A DNA stretch of 64,000 bases, from positions 660 through 64,659 of the IMG/VR virus record IMGVR_UViG_3300032318_000186. One strand, given 5' to 3'. Made by a program: the position numbers and the translations under genes. The notes beneath the pieces are model-generated. The model did not search any database, was not told the origin of the DNA, and saw nothing but the letters and a program-made list of their open reading frames with translations. Source of the DNA: a virus (taxonomy: Duplodnaviria; Caudoviricetes). Positions 56,030 to 64,000 of this stretch are shown here, piece by piece (position 1 is the stretch's first letter; each line of letters opens with the position of its first letter).

Positions 56030-57148
56030 ATGAGTATCAAGTTCGGTAGTTCTTTAACTCTCAACGAGTTTGCAAATGCAATATCAGTAGTGGGTTCAGA
56101 TGTAACCATCATTGGTCAGGGTGAGCCAGGAATTGGCAAGAGTTCTATGCTCAAGGCAGTAGCCAAGCGTTACCCCGACTATGAGGTAGCCTACATTGAT
56201 TGCACCCTGTTAGACCTAGGTGACTTTGCGCTTCCGTATACGGAGGAGGTGGTTCTTGAGAAACTGGCATCAACTCTCAAAGTAACTAAGTTCGCACCAA
56301 ACGCAAGGTTTAAATTCCAATCGGGTAAGCCTGTAATCGTTATGCTTGACGAGATAGGCAAGGCAATGAAAGCGGTTAAGAATGTGTTGCTCACGCTGAT
56401 GTTAGAAAAGCGTATCGGTGATATGTCTTTGCCCGAGGGTTCGATTGTGTTCGGTACAACTAACCTTGCTACTGATGGGGTTGGTGATTCACTCGAGGCT
56501 CATGCTCGTAATCGTGTTTGCTTTGTGACTGTGCGTAAACCACACGCAGGCTTCCAAGCTGACGGCTCTATTGACTCTGACTCTTGGGGTGCGTGGGCTG
56601 TGGAGAATGATATTGCTCCCGAGGTATTGGCATGGGTTAAGCAATTTCCTCATGCTTTGGAGTCTTATACCGACCCTGCTCAAAAAGATAATCTATACAT
56701 CTTTAACCCAACTCGGGCAGGACAGTCAGCGTTCGTTACCCCTCGTTCACTCGAGAAGGCTAGTCATATTGCTAGAAAGCGTGCAGACTTAGGCGATGGT
56801 GTAACTATCTCGGCATTGGCAGGCACAATCGGTGAGAGTGCGGCTCGTGATATGCAAGCGTTCTTTACTGTGGTGGACAAGCTACCTACATGGGAGGCTA
56901 TATGTAATTCACCTAGTACGGCTAAAGTACCTGATGATGCGGTAGCTAAATGTATCTTGACTTTCTCAGCTATTACTCGGGTTGACAAGGACACGCTACC
57001 TAAGTGGCTCAAGTACGCAGACCGATTGGATAAAGAATTACAAGCGTTGTTTGCCCGTTCAATCGTGAAGTCTAGTACCAAGCAAGCTATGGCGGTATCT
57101 AACAAGGAGTTTGTCAAATGGGCGACAGACAATCAGTGGTTGTTTTAA
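56030..57148 (+). CDS. MoxR-like AAA+ ATPase
   Basis: GEPGIGKS, MLDEIGKA, GTTN, ARNR, TPRS. Confidence 0.85.
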   Translation: MSIKFGSSLTLNEFANAISVVGSDVTIIGQGEPGIGKSSMLKAVAKRYPDYEVAYIDCTLLDLGDFALPYTEEVVLEKLASTLKVTKFAPNARFKFQSGKPVIVMLDEIGKAMKAVKNVLLTLMLEKRIGDMSLPEGSIVFGTTNLATDGVGDSLEAHARNRVCFVTVRKPHAGFQADGSIDSDSWGAWAVENDIAPEVLAWVKQFPHALESYTDPAQKDNLYIFNPTRAGQSAFVTPRSLEKASHIARKRADLGDGVTISALAGTIGESAARDMQAFFTVVDKLPTWEAICNSPSTAKVPDDAVAKCILTFSAITRVDKDTLPKWLKYADRLDKELQALFARSIVKSSTKQAMAVSNKEFVKWATDNQWLF

Positions 57149-57175
57149 ATACTGTCAGACAGTATTGGGGGATAT

Positions 57176-57376
57176 ATGAAACTTAAATGGGTAGAACTAC
57201 ATGGAATGAAATATGTAGAGGACTATGAAGATGACTATACCCATTGTGCTAGGTGTGCATTTTATGACGATGAGTTTAATTCGTATTGCAAACAAGTCTC
57301 ATGTGCAAATCATGTTTATGTCCCCCTCGAACCACAACATATACCAAACTTAAGAAAGGTAGGTAGAAAATTATGA
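57176..57376 (+). CDS. Small Cys-containing protein
   Basis: HCARCAFY...YCKQVSC. Confidence 0.65.
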   Translation: MKLKWVELHGMKYVEDYEDDYTHCARCAFYDDEFNSYCKQVSCANHVYVPLEPQHIPNLRKVGRKL

Positions 57377-58554
57377 CTAGATTAACAGCAGAACAACGAG
57401 TGCAGAAGTCTCATGTGGCATTGATGAATGACCCTAAATACTGCCTTTACTCGGGTATCTTCATGCTAGGTAAGACCGAGGTGAGTGATGAGATTCCTAC
57501 TGCCTGTACCGATGGGCGTAACACTTACTATGGTCGTAAGTTTGTAGACAAGCTAAAAGATTCTGATTTGAAGGGCTTGATACTTCATGAGAATCTACAC
57601 AAGGCTTTCCGTCATACAACTGTATGGAAACATCTTTACAAACAGAACCCACAACTAGCGAACATGGCTTGTGACTTTGTTATTAACTTAATGATTCACG
57701 ACTCAGACCCACAAGGCGCAATGGTATCTCTACCTGAAGGTGGTTGCTTAGATGAGAAGTATCGTGGCATGGATGCAGGCGAGGTATTTCGTTTACTTAA
57801 ACAAGAGGGGGGTAAAGGTGGAAAAGGCAATGGTAGTGGCGAGGATGAACAAGAGGGTGGGCAGGGCTTTGACGAGCATGATTGGGAAAGTGCCGATGCC
57901 TTGTCAGAAGATGAGAAACAAGCATTGGCTCGTGAAGTCGATCAAGCCTTAAGACAGGGCGCACTACTGGCAGGCAAACTCAACGGCAATGTCCCTCGTG
58001 AGATTACTGAGGCTATGGAAGCTAAGGTTAATTGGAAAGAAGTATTGAGAGACTTTGTAAACGCTATCTGCAATGACAAGGACAACTCTACATGGCGCAG
58101 ACCAAATCGTAGGTGGGTAGATCAGAATGTCTATATGCCTAGCGCAATCGGTGAGGCAGTAGGTCGTATTGTGGTGGCTATTGATACATCAGGCTCTATT
58201 GGTGATGAGCAGATCGGGCAGTTCTTAGGCGAGTTAGTGTCTATCTGTAATCATGTTCAGCCCGAGGGTATTGACTTGATGTATTGGGATACCGAGATAT
58301 GCGCTCATGAGAAGTATGACCGAGGAGACTATGAGGCTATCTTGTCATCTACTAAACCTGCGGGGGGTGGTGGTACGAGTGCCGAATGTATTCCTATATA
58401 CATTGCAGAACACAAGCTAAACCCTGAGTGTGTGATTGTTCTAACTGACGGCTACATTGGCGGTTGGGGCGATTGGAAGCACCCAGTATTTTGGGGTATT
58501 ACAACTAACCAAGTCGCACCATGTGGTGTGTCTGTAAAAATTGAGGAGAATTAA
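57373..58554 (+). CDS. HExxH metallopeptidase-like plus VWA domain protein (DUF2201-like)
   Basis: TACTDG, LHENLH; MIDAS IDTSGS, GGGT, LTDG. Confidence 0.85.
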   Translation: MTRLTAEQRVQKSHVALMNDPKYCLYSGIFMLGKTEVSDEIPTACTDGRNTYYGRKFVDKLKDSDLKGLILHENLHKAFRHTTVWKHLYKQNPQLANMACDFVINLMIHDSDPQGAMVSLPEGGCLDEKYRGMDAGEVFRLLKQEGGKGGKGNGSGEDEQEGGQGFDEHDWESADALSEDEKQALAREVDQALRQGALLAGKLNGNVPREITEAMEAKVNWKEVLRDFVNAICNDKDNSTWRRPNRRWVDQNVYMPSAIGEAVGRIVVAIDTSGSIGDEQIGQFLGELVSICNHVQPEGIDLMYWDTEICAHEKYDRGDYEAILSSTKPAGGGGTSAECIPIYIAEHKLNPECVIVLTDGYIGGWGDWKHPVFWGITTNQVAPCGVSVKIEEN

Positions 58555-58555
58555 G

Positions 58556-58762
58556 ATGGCGATAGCTAGAGGATTTGAAACGCTGATGTTAAAGACAGAA
58601 GCAAAAAAGAAGTTTTTAGATGCAAAGAAGAAGATGGAATCGCAGTTAGGTGTAACTCTTACGCACTCAAATGCTATGGAGGTGATGGCTGACCAAATAC
58701 TGTCAGACAGTACGAAGTTACGATTAAGGATTGTCCCACTAACACAAGGAGAAGAATCATGA
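58556..58762 (+). CDS. Small putative DNA-binding protein
   Basis: Coupled ORF; RHH-like helical pattern. Confidence 0.6.
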   Translation: MAIARGFETLMLKTEAKKKFLDAKKKMESQLGVTLTHSNAMEVMADQILSDSTKLRLRIVPLTQGEES

Positions 58763-59598
58763 TTGGAAGCAACGCTATGCTAGTAGACCTAAACATTTCT
58801 ATGTGGACAGGTCGTAAGATGGATAAAAAAGTATCCGAGGAGATTGATGTAAGCAAGAGCACCAAGGCTCGGGCAGGCAACTACCACAAGAAGTTATTGG
58901 CAGGCTCGGACAAGCTAGAGAAGGTGCAGAAGATTGCTACTGCGGTGCGTGCATGGAACTATCAACATACCTTACCTTGGTCTGATGGTGGCTCACGCTT
59001 ACTACCTATGAAGTCTTTCTTTGATTACAAGGCTACGCTAGGCAACTACGAGGCGCAATACACGCAGGCGGTGGATGACTTTCTTGTAGAGTATCCGCAA
59101 CTGGTTTCAGGTTCTGCGTTTACGCTTGGTGCTTTGTTTGACCGAGGAGAGTATCCCGATGTTGAGGAATTGCGCAACAAGTTTCGTTTTAAATATGTGT
59201 TCTGTCCTGTGCCCGATGCAGGGGATTTCAGAATAGATGTTGAGGAACAGGCTAAGAACGAACTACAACAGCAATACAAAGAGTATTACGACGGCAAGTT
59301 AGCTGATGCTATGAAAGACGCATGGGATAGGTTGCATGAAACCCTTACTCATTTGAGTGATCGTATGGACTACACAGACGAGAATAAAAAGAAGTTTTGG
59401 GATTCTACTATCACCAATGCCTCTGACCTGTGTGGGTTGCTGACAAGCCTTAATATAACTAACGACCCTAAGCTAGAGACTATGCGCCAGCAACTTGAGA
59501 AAGCGTTGAATGGTGTGGATGCCTCAGACATTCGTGAAAGCGAAGCAATCCGTAGTTCGGTGAAGTCTAAGGTAGATCAAATTCTAAACATGTTTTAA
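58759..59598 (+). CDS. DUF3150-like helical protein
   Basis: LVDLNISMWTGRK.D, TLPWSDGG.RLLP, PVPDAGDFR. Confidence 0.65.
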   Translation: MIGSNAMLVDLNISMWTGRKMDKKVSEEIDVSKSTKARAGNYHKKLLAGSDKLEKVQKIATAVRAWNYQHTLPWSDGGSRLLPMKSFFDYKATLGNYEAQYTQAVDDFLVEYPQLVSGSAFTLGALFDRGEYPDVEELRNKFRFKYVFCPVPDAGDFRIDVEEQAKNELQQQYKEYYDGKLADAMKDAWDRLHETLTHLSDRMDYTDENKKKFWDSTITNASDLCGLLTSLNITNDPKLETMRQQLEKALNGVDASDIRESEAIRSSVKSKVDQILNMF

Positions 59599-59607
59599 GG
59601 AGGGTGT

Positions 59608-60024
59608 ATGGGATATCGAAGCGAGGTAGGGTTTTTTATTGAGTTTACAAAAGACCCCGAGGAGTTTATTGCCCTGATGAAAGTAGATGGGCGAGATATA
59701 TTTAAAGACTTCTTGCGGTTTATGTATGTAGAGAATTACCCCGAACCGATACTAGAAGAAGATGCGCCTGTTGGTGGGGTTCACTTTTTCCATAACCATT
59801 GGAAGTGGTACGAGGATTCTAAAAACGGCTTTATGGATTTGCTTAACATGGCTGAAAACTATGATGAGAACTTCAAAGCTAAGTTTGTTAGGACAGGGGA
59901 AGAGTCTGATGACAATGAAGAAGAGTGGTTTAACGACGACGACTATGCCTTAGAGTACCCCTATATGGTACGCAGGGTAGATACAGGAATGGACTTAAGT
60001 AAACTAAAGAAAGTGGAGGAGTAA
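59608..60024 (+). CDS. Acidic hypothetical protein
   Basis: MGYRSEV, W.KWYE, FVRTGEE.DD. Confidence 0.75.
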   Translation: MGYRSEVGFFIEFTKDPEEFIALMKVDGRDIFKDFLRFMYVENYPEPILEEDAPVGGVHFFHNHWKWYEDSKNGFMDLLNMAENYDENFKAKFVRTGEESDDNEEEWFNDDDYALEYPYMVRRVDTGMDLSKLKKVEE

Positions 60025-60025
60025 A

Positions 60026-60829
60026 ATGCTACAACTTAAAGATATAGATAAGACACAGTTAAGCGAGCCTGTGGTTGCGTTCTTAGATGCAATGGAACTT
60101 AAGCACGCTAAGAATCCGTACTGTCTGACAGTATCGGCGCATCAAAGCCAATACAAACCTGAGTTTTGGCAACTGCGCTTTCACGACGCTAGGTTCGAGG
60201 AAAACGAAGTAGAACTTGCAGGGGTGGTGGAGTGGGTCTACGGTAGCCGTAATGACAAGGAATACAAGATTACCTCACGCAAGATTCAGAACGATAGGTT
60301 CGGTCATTGGGGTAACGAGCACTCGTCTCGCAGAACTAAGGACATGAAGAAAGCCTTGAAGATTGCTATGGATACTATTGACCCCTTCCAATGGCATGAG
60401 ATATCTAATAAGGGTAGACGTAAGGCAGAGCAAGCGCATGAACAATGGAGTAATCAAGACAACAAGTTTGTATTCCCATTTAGAATCAGCCACGAGGATA
60501 TATACGAAGAAGTAAAGCATCTTGTGGAAATGGGTGTTCAGTTCAAGACCGAAGCTTTTAAAAAGTCAGCAGCAGGAATTCCAAACTACGAAGAAATGAT
60601 ACGCAAGGCGAGCATTAAACCTAAGTTCGATACTGTTATTGTGCGCCCTGACAAAACTATCTTTATCCCCGATGGTCGTGCATTAAACCCACAAGAATTT
60701 AACGACGCAGACTTACTACCTGAACAAGCCAGAAACGGTATCGCTCTTTTAAAACTTGTTGAGAAAGACACGCTACTGCCCGAGGTAGGCTATCGTGGTG
60801 GGGAAAACACCTACTTTATTTTAGTGTGA
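60026..60829 (+). CDS. Hypothetical protein
   Basis: GGAG RBS; long ORF. Confidence 0.75.
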   Translation: MLQLKDIDKTQLSEPVVAFLDAMELKHAKNPYCLTVSAHQSQYKPEFWQLRFHDARFEENEVELAGVVEWVYGSRNDKEYKITSRKIQNDRFGHWGNEHSSRRTKDMKKALKIAMDTIDPFQWHEISNKGRRKAEQAHEQWSNQDNKFVFPFRISHEDIYEEVKHLVEMGVQFKTEAFKKSAAGIPNYEEMIRKASIKPKFDTVIVRPDKTIFIPDGRALNPQEFNDADLLPEQARNGIALLKLVEKDTLLPEVGYRGGENTYFILV

Positions 60830-60834
60830 TGCTA

Positions 60835-60863
60835 TTGACTAGTAAGTGAGCAGTCTTTACAAT
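60835..60863 (+). promoter_or_regulatory. Promoter TTGACT-17-TACAAT
   Basis: Near-consensus. Confidence 0.75.
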
Positions 60864-60891
60864 GTATAGATAAACCCTAATAAGGAAGAGT

Positions 60892-61221
60892 ATGAAAGAT
60901 GAAGATGGCTTTATAAAAGCTATGGATGACCTGTTCGATAAGTTTAGAGAAAGGTTAGCCCCTGTGCGTGTTGAGTTTATGGATGGAAGGATTGTTATGT
61001 CTACCCAAATAGAAATACGAGCAGGCAAACTATTTGAACCGAAGTATCACCAATGCGATTATGGAGAGCTACCTAGCTTTATTGCTGACAAGATAGCCCT
61101 ACTACGAACGGCAGGTAAAGGTATAGAGGTAGATGGCATGGGCAAGTGGCGAGGCGACAAACTCTACTATGTGCAAGTATCCCCTAAGCAATGGAATCAG
61201 TACCATGAGGCAAGAGTATGA
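60892..61221 (+). CDS. Hypothetical protein
   Basis: ORF downstream of the promoter. Confidence 0.7.
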   Translation: MKDEDGFIKAMDDLFDKFRERLAPVRVEFMDGRIVMSTQIEIRAGKLFEPKYHQCDYGELPSFIADKIALLRTAGKGIEVDGMGKWRGDKLYYVQVSPKQWNQYHEARV

Positions 61222-61421
61222 ACGAGAACGACTTTAAAGACGTAGCGGCGATGTTTGCTATGCACGCTATGATGTCGGTAGGGTATTGGAATTGGAAAGA
61301 ACCTGATGAAGATGCCCGTAGATGTTACGCACAAGCAGATGCCTTATTCGACGCAAGAAATAAACCTAGAGAAATAGAAGAAGGGATTGTCGCAGTTAAA
61401 CCTAAAAGGAGAACGAAGTGA
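61218..61421 (+). CDS. Small hypothetical protein
   Basis: ARRCYAQADAL motif. Confidence 0.7.
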   Translation: MNENDFKDVAAMFAMHAMMSVGYWNWKEPDEDARRCYAQADALFDARNKPREIEEGIVAVKPKRRTK

Positions 61422-61591
61422 TACCGATACCGTTTTTAGGGTGGTTAGTGGATGACGAAGAAGATACTCAGCAGATGTTAAGAGATCAAATTCATACACA
61501 ACAGCACCGCATCAGAGAGTTAGAAAGACAAGTAATGATGTTGCAGGGCGAATGTAGTGCCTTAATTAAACAAATAGGAGAAATACAATGA
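61418..61591 (+). CDS. Small coiled-coil protein (57 aa, GTG start)
   Basis: Read by hand; GTGA/ATGA coupling. Confidence 0.65.
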   Translation: MIPIPFLGWLVDDEEDTQQMLRDQIHTQQHRIRELERQVMMLQGECSALIKQIGEIQ

Positions 61592-61731
61592 AGAAATTAT
61601 TTATCGTCGTAGCCTTAGCAGTTCTGTCTTTAAATTCATACGCTTATATTAAGTGTGCGCCTAGCCCGATGGGTGGGTCATGCTGTTGGGATACTGACCG
61701 AGATGGTCCTTTTAAGCCTATTGGGTGCTAA
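61588..61731 (+). CDS. Secreted 4-Cys mini-protein (47 aa)
   Basis: MKKLFIVVALAVLSLNSYA signal followed by YIKCAPSPMGGSCCWDTDRDGPFKPIGC; AGGAG RBS. Confidence 0.75.
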   Translation: MKKLFIVVALAVLSLNSYAYIKCAPSPMGGSCCWDTDRDGPFKPIGC

Positions 61732-62073
61732 ATGACAACCCCCGAGAAGAAAGTCAAGGACAAAGTCAAAAAGATATTGGCAGAGTTCGGTGCTTACTAC
61801 TTCATGCCTGCTACTGGGGGGTATGGTAAGTCAGGTGTGCCTGACCTTGTGGCTTGTCTTAAAGGAAGGTTTATTGGTATTGAGTGCAAAGCAAATGGCG
61901 GTGTACCAACAGCACTACAAGAAAAGAACCTAACTGAGATTATGAATGTAGGTGGTATAGCGGTGATAGTAGATGAGACGGGTATTGAAGATTTAAAACG
62001 AGTATTACAATACGCACCCTTAGTAAAAGCAGGGGTTTTATTTGAATTTATAAAAGTAAAGGAAACAAAATGA
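61732..62073 (+). CDS. VRR-NUC / Holliday-junction resolvase-like nuclease
   Basis: TPEKKVK, GVPDL, GIECKA, LQEKN. Confidence 0.85.
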   Translation: MTTPEKKVKDKVKKILAEFGAYYFMPATGGYGKSGVPDLVACLKGRFIGIECKANGGVPTALQEKNLTEIMNVGGIAVIVDETGIEDLKRVLQYAPLVKAGVLFEFIKVKETK

Positions 62074-62312
62074 ATGAAGAACAACAAGAAAAAGTGCGTC
62101 AATTAGTAGAGGTGTTAGACCATGCGTTATCTTCAGCAGGGTGCGGTGTATTAGAAGCACTCAATGCGGTATCTGTAATGTCTACTTCCCTAGCCCATAG
62201 TTTGGGTCTAACCAAAGACGAATACATAGGTAACTTAGGAATGATGTTTGATATGACTAACCAACAAAAACAAATGGAGACCGAAGATGGACTTGGGACT
62301 GACGGTAACTAA
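62070..62312 (+). CDS. Small hypothetical protein
   Basis: Coupled ORF. Confidence 0.65.
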   Translation: MNEEQQEKVRQLVEVLDHALSSAGCGVLEALNAVSVMSTSLAHSLGLTKDEYIGNLGMMFDMTNQQKQMETEDGLGTDGN

Positions 62313-62505
62313 AGAACACAAGGATGGTTCAGCCGATGCGATTGTTCGGTTTGATAAAGAAATGATGGAAGTCTTGGTGCAAGAGGGTGTGTTAAGGATT
62401 CTAGAAAGATATATTGAACAAGAAAAGAACGCTAAAGAAGGAATCAAACTACGCAAGAAGTTAGCGAAGAAAGAAAAAGAACTTGATATGGATGGGAGAT
62501 GCTGA
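62287..62505 (+). CDS. Small hypothetical protein
   Basis: EHKDGSADA motif. Confidence 0.65.
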   Translation: MDLGLTVTKEHKDGSADAIVRFDKEMMEVLVQEGVLRILERYIEQEKNAKEGIKLRKKLAKKEKELDMDGRC

Positions 62506-62654
62506 TGTTTGAATCTTTAATTAAACCACAACCCCTAGATAACGACGTAGCAGTGATGAAAATTATTCATTTGTTAGGTCAGTTAACCCCGAACGATATT
62601 CAATACGTATTACAAATAGTAGCTGAGGTCAACAAGGCGGTAGAGAATGAGTGA
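62505..62654 (+). CDS. Small hypothetical protein (49 aa)
   Basis: Read by hand; TGATG coupling. Confidence 0.6.
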   Translation: MFESLIKPQPLDNDVAVMKIIHLLGQLTPNDIQYVLQIVAEVNKAVENE

Positions 62655-62928
62655 TATGAACGTATTAAAAGAAGCTAATGCGGTTATATATGGCGATAGA
62701 GAGAAGACTTACGGACATCCTAGTAAGAACCTAAAAACTATTGCTGTCATGTGGAACGCTTATCTTAACGCTAAGATGGGAGGGGATGACGTCAACGCTA
62801 AAGATGTTGCCGCTTTAATGATGTTGGTTAAGGTAGCTAGGTTTGCAAACGACCCAAGCCATAGAGATAACTTAGTAGACATTTGCGGGTATGCGGCTCT
62901 AGTAGAACGGTGCGATGAGACGGAATAA
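62647..62928 (+). CDS. DUF6378-like all-alpha protein (dNTP diphosphohydrolase-related)
   Basis: DREKTYG.P, IA.MWNAYL, KVAR, DNLVDICGYAAL. Confidence 0.7.
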   Translation: MSDMNVLKEANAVIYGDREKTYGHPSKNLKTIAVMWNAYLNAKMGGDDVNAKDVAALMMLVKVARFANDPSHRDNLVDICGYAALVERCDETE

Positions 62929-63115
62929 AGAGTTTCGTTCGGCGCAAGTGATGCACCATCTGCAAGGCAATCCAAGAACTATAAAAGAGATTGCCAAGTA
63001 TATGAAGGTACATTACGATACGGCTCGTAAGTATTTAGTGGAGTTACTAATAGAAAACAAAATAGAAGTTCACGAACAATACACAAAGCCGATAAGGTAC
63101 AGGAGGAAGAAATGA
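62915..63115 (+). CDS. Winged-HTH protein
   Basis: TIKEIAKYMKVHYDTARKYLVEL. Confidence 0.7.
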   Translation: MRRNKEFRSAQVMHHLQGNPRTIKEIAKYMKVHYDTARKYLVELLIENKIEVHEQYTKPIRYRRKK

Positions 63116-63603
63116 ATGAAGGTGTAAAGATATTGTTAGAACGGATGAAGACTAACCCCGAGGAGTTTGATGTGGGATATAGCACCAAGTGGCAACAACT
63201 TATTATCGCTTATAGAGAAATCCTTGAGCCTGAAGATAAGAAAGCCCTTGACGATGCGTTAAATAAATTACTCCAACAAACCTTTACCGAGAAGGTAATG
63301 AAAGAACTTCTTGCTCCCGAGGAGGATGACAATTTGGGAAAGTGGTTTACAAAGCGTCCGAACGCTACGCTTTCGGCTGGAGTGACCCCCGCAGTATCTT
63401 CAATAACGCTTAATACTAACGCCAATACGGTTTATAACGGCGGTGCGGTAACAGGAACAATAGGTGCTAACTCTTTAACGTTAGGTAACACAACAATAAA
63501 CGAAGAAACATTAAAACATATACAAGCCCATAAAACATACCTAGACGCACAAAAACAAAAACCACACAAAACTTTATTCGGAAAACTATTTAACTATTCA
63601 TGA
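63112..63603 (+). CDS. Hypothetical protein
   Basis: ILLERMKTNPEEF motif. Confidence 0.7.
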   Translation: MNEGVKILLERMKTNPEEFDVGYSTKWQQLIIAYREILEPEDKKALDDALNKLLQQTFTEKVMKELLAPEEDDNLGKWFTKRPNATLSAGVTPAVSSITLNTNANTVYNGGAVTGTIGANSLTLGNTTINEETLKHIQAHKTYLDAQKQKPHKTLFGKLFNYS

Positions 63604-64000
63604 ACATAATTACATTGGACTTTGAAACATACTATGCTAAAGACTTCTCGCTCACGAAACTCACTACCGAGGAATATATCCGTGATGATAGGTTTGAAGT
63701 CATTGGGGTTGCGGTCAAGGAAAACGACAAAGAAACCAAATGGTTTACTGGTACTCACGGCGAAATTAGTGACTTTCTTCATACATACGATTGGAGTAAT
63801 AGCGCAATGCTTGCTCACAATAATTCTTTTGATGGTGCTATCCTTAGTTGGAACTTTGGCATACGTCCTAAAGCGTTGTTTGACACCTTGTGCATGGCGA
63901 GAGCGATTCATGGATTGGATGCAGGTGGCAGTCTTTCGGCTTTGGTGGAACGCTATAGTTTGGGTCGTAAGGGTACAGAAGTATTGGACGCTCTAGGCAA
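63600..64000 (+). CDS. polA: Family A DNA polymerase, N-terminal 3'-5' exonuclease domain (3'-truncated)
   Basis: MNIITLDFETYY (ExoI), AHNNSFDG (ExoII), DTLCMAR; frame runs off the window. Confidence 0.9.
   Translation, partial: MNIITLDFETYYAKDFSLTKLTTEEYIRDDRFEVIGVAVKENDKETKWFTGTHGEISDFLHTYDWSNSAMLAHNNSFDGAILSWNFGIRPKALFDTLCMARAIHGLDAGGSLSALVERYSLGRKGTEVLDALG

Larger units (their letters stand above)
51376..60133. repeat. Dispersed 15-bp palindrome TACTGTCWGACAGTA, 13 copies
   Basis: Starts at 51376 (1 mismatch), 52163, 52382, 52623, 52773, 53129, 53685, 54221, 54909, 55980, 57150, 58698 and 60119 (central T). Confidence 0.95.

Noticed and set aside
51376-60133. Palindromes as a CRISPR array
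   Set aside because: Only 15 bp, spacing varies from 150 to 1548 bp, several copies lie inside genes, and there is no cas1/cas2.
51376-60133. Palindromes as canonical LexA SOS boxes (TACTGT...ACAGTA half-sites)
   Set aside because: The spacer is 3 bp rather than 8, about half a helical turn shorter and incompatible with the canonical dimer geometry. A LexA-related phage protein is not excluded.
1-64000. Integrase, repressor cassette, reverse transcriptase/DGR, or genetic-code reassignment
   Set aside because: No Tyr/Ser recombinase or RT motifs seen; conserved genes are intact under code 11.

Overview
The window is almost the whole genome of a tailed dsDNA phage with a podovirus-like gene set. 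A family-A DNA polymerase is cut by both window edges (C-terminus at <3-890, N-terminus at 63600->64000), so the genome is probably circularly permuted and only slightly longer than 64 kb. It has three blocks. (1) A + strand replication/middle block (1-11.7 kb): polymerase, glycosyl/methyl-transferase cluster, Cas4-like nuclease, HNH, SNF2 helicase, SSB and primase-helicase. (2) A - strand late block (11.7-50.9 kb): ejection proteins, lysis genes, three tail fibres, neck, small basic proteins, capsid, scaffold, GroES, portal, terminase and an Ntn protease. (3) A + strand early block (51.4-64 kb): small ORFs and a MoxR AAA+/VWA module. I saw no integrase, tRNA or CRISPR array. The most unusual features are non-coding and lie at 51.3-60.2 kb. 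A 15-bp palindrome, TACTGTCWGACAGTA, occurs 13 times in a density gradient, four times inside genes. An inverted GAGTGAACA iteron array lies next to GAA mini-hairpins and is a candidate origin. A ~560-nt ORF-free, heavily base-paired transcript follows a perfect sigma70 promoter and displays the palindrome at the tip of a long rod. Other candidates: a ~55-nt sRNA complementary to early/middle ribosome-binding sites, a shared xxGG motif in presumed internal virion proteins, a 5'-UTR pseudoknot, and a secreted 4-Cys mini-peptide missed by the ORF track. All family assignments come from motifs recognised by eye, not from database searches.
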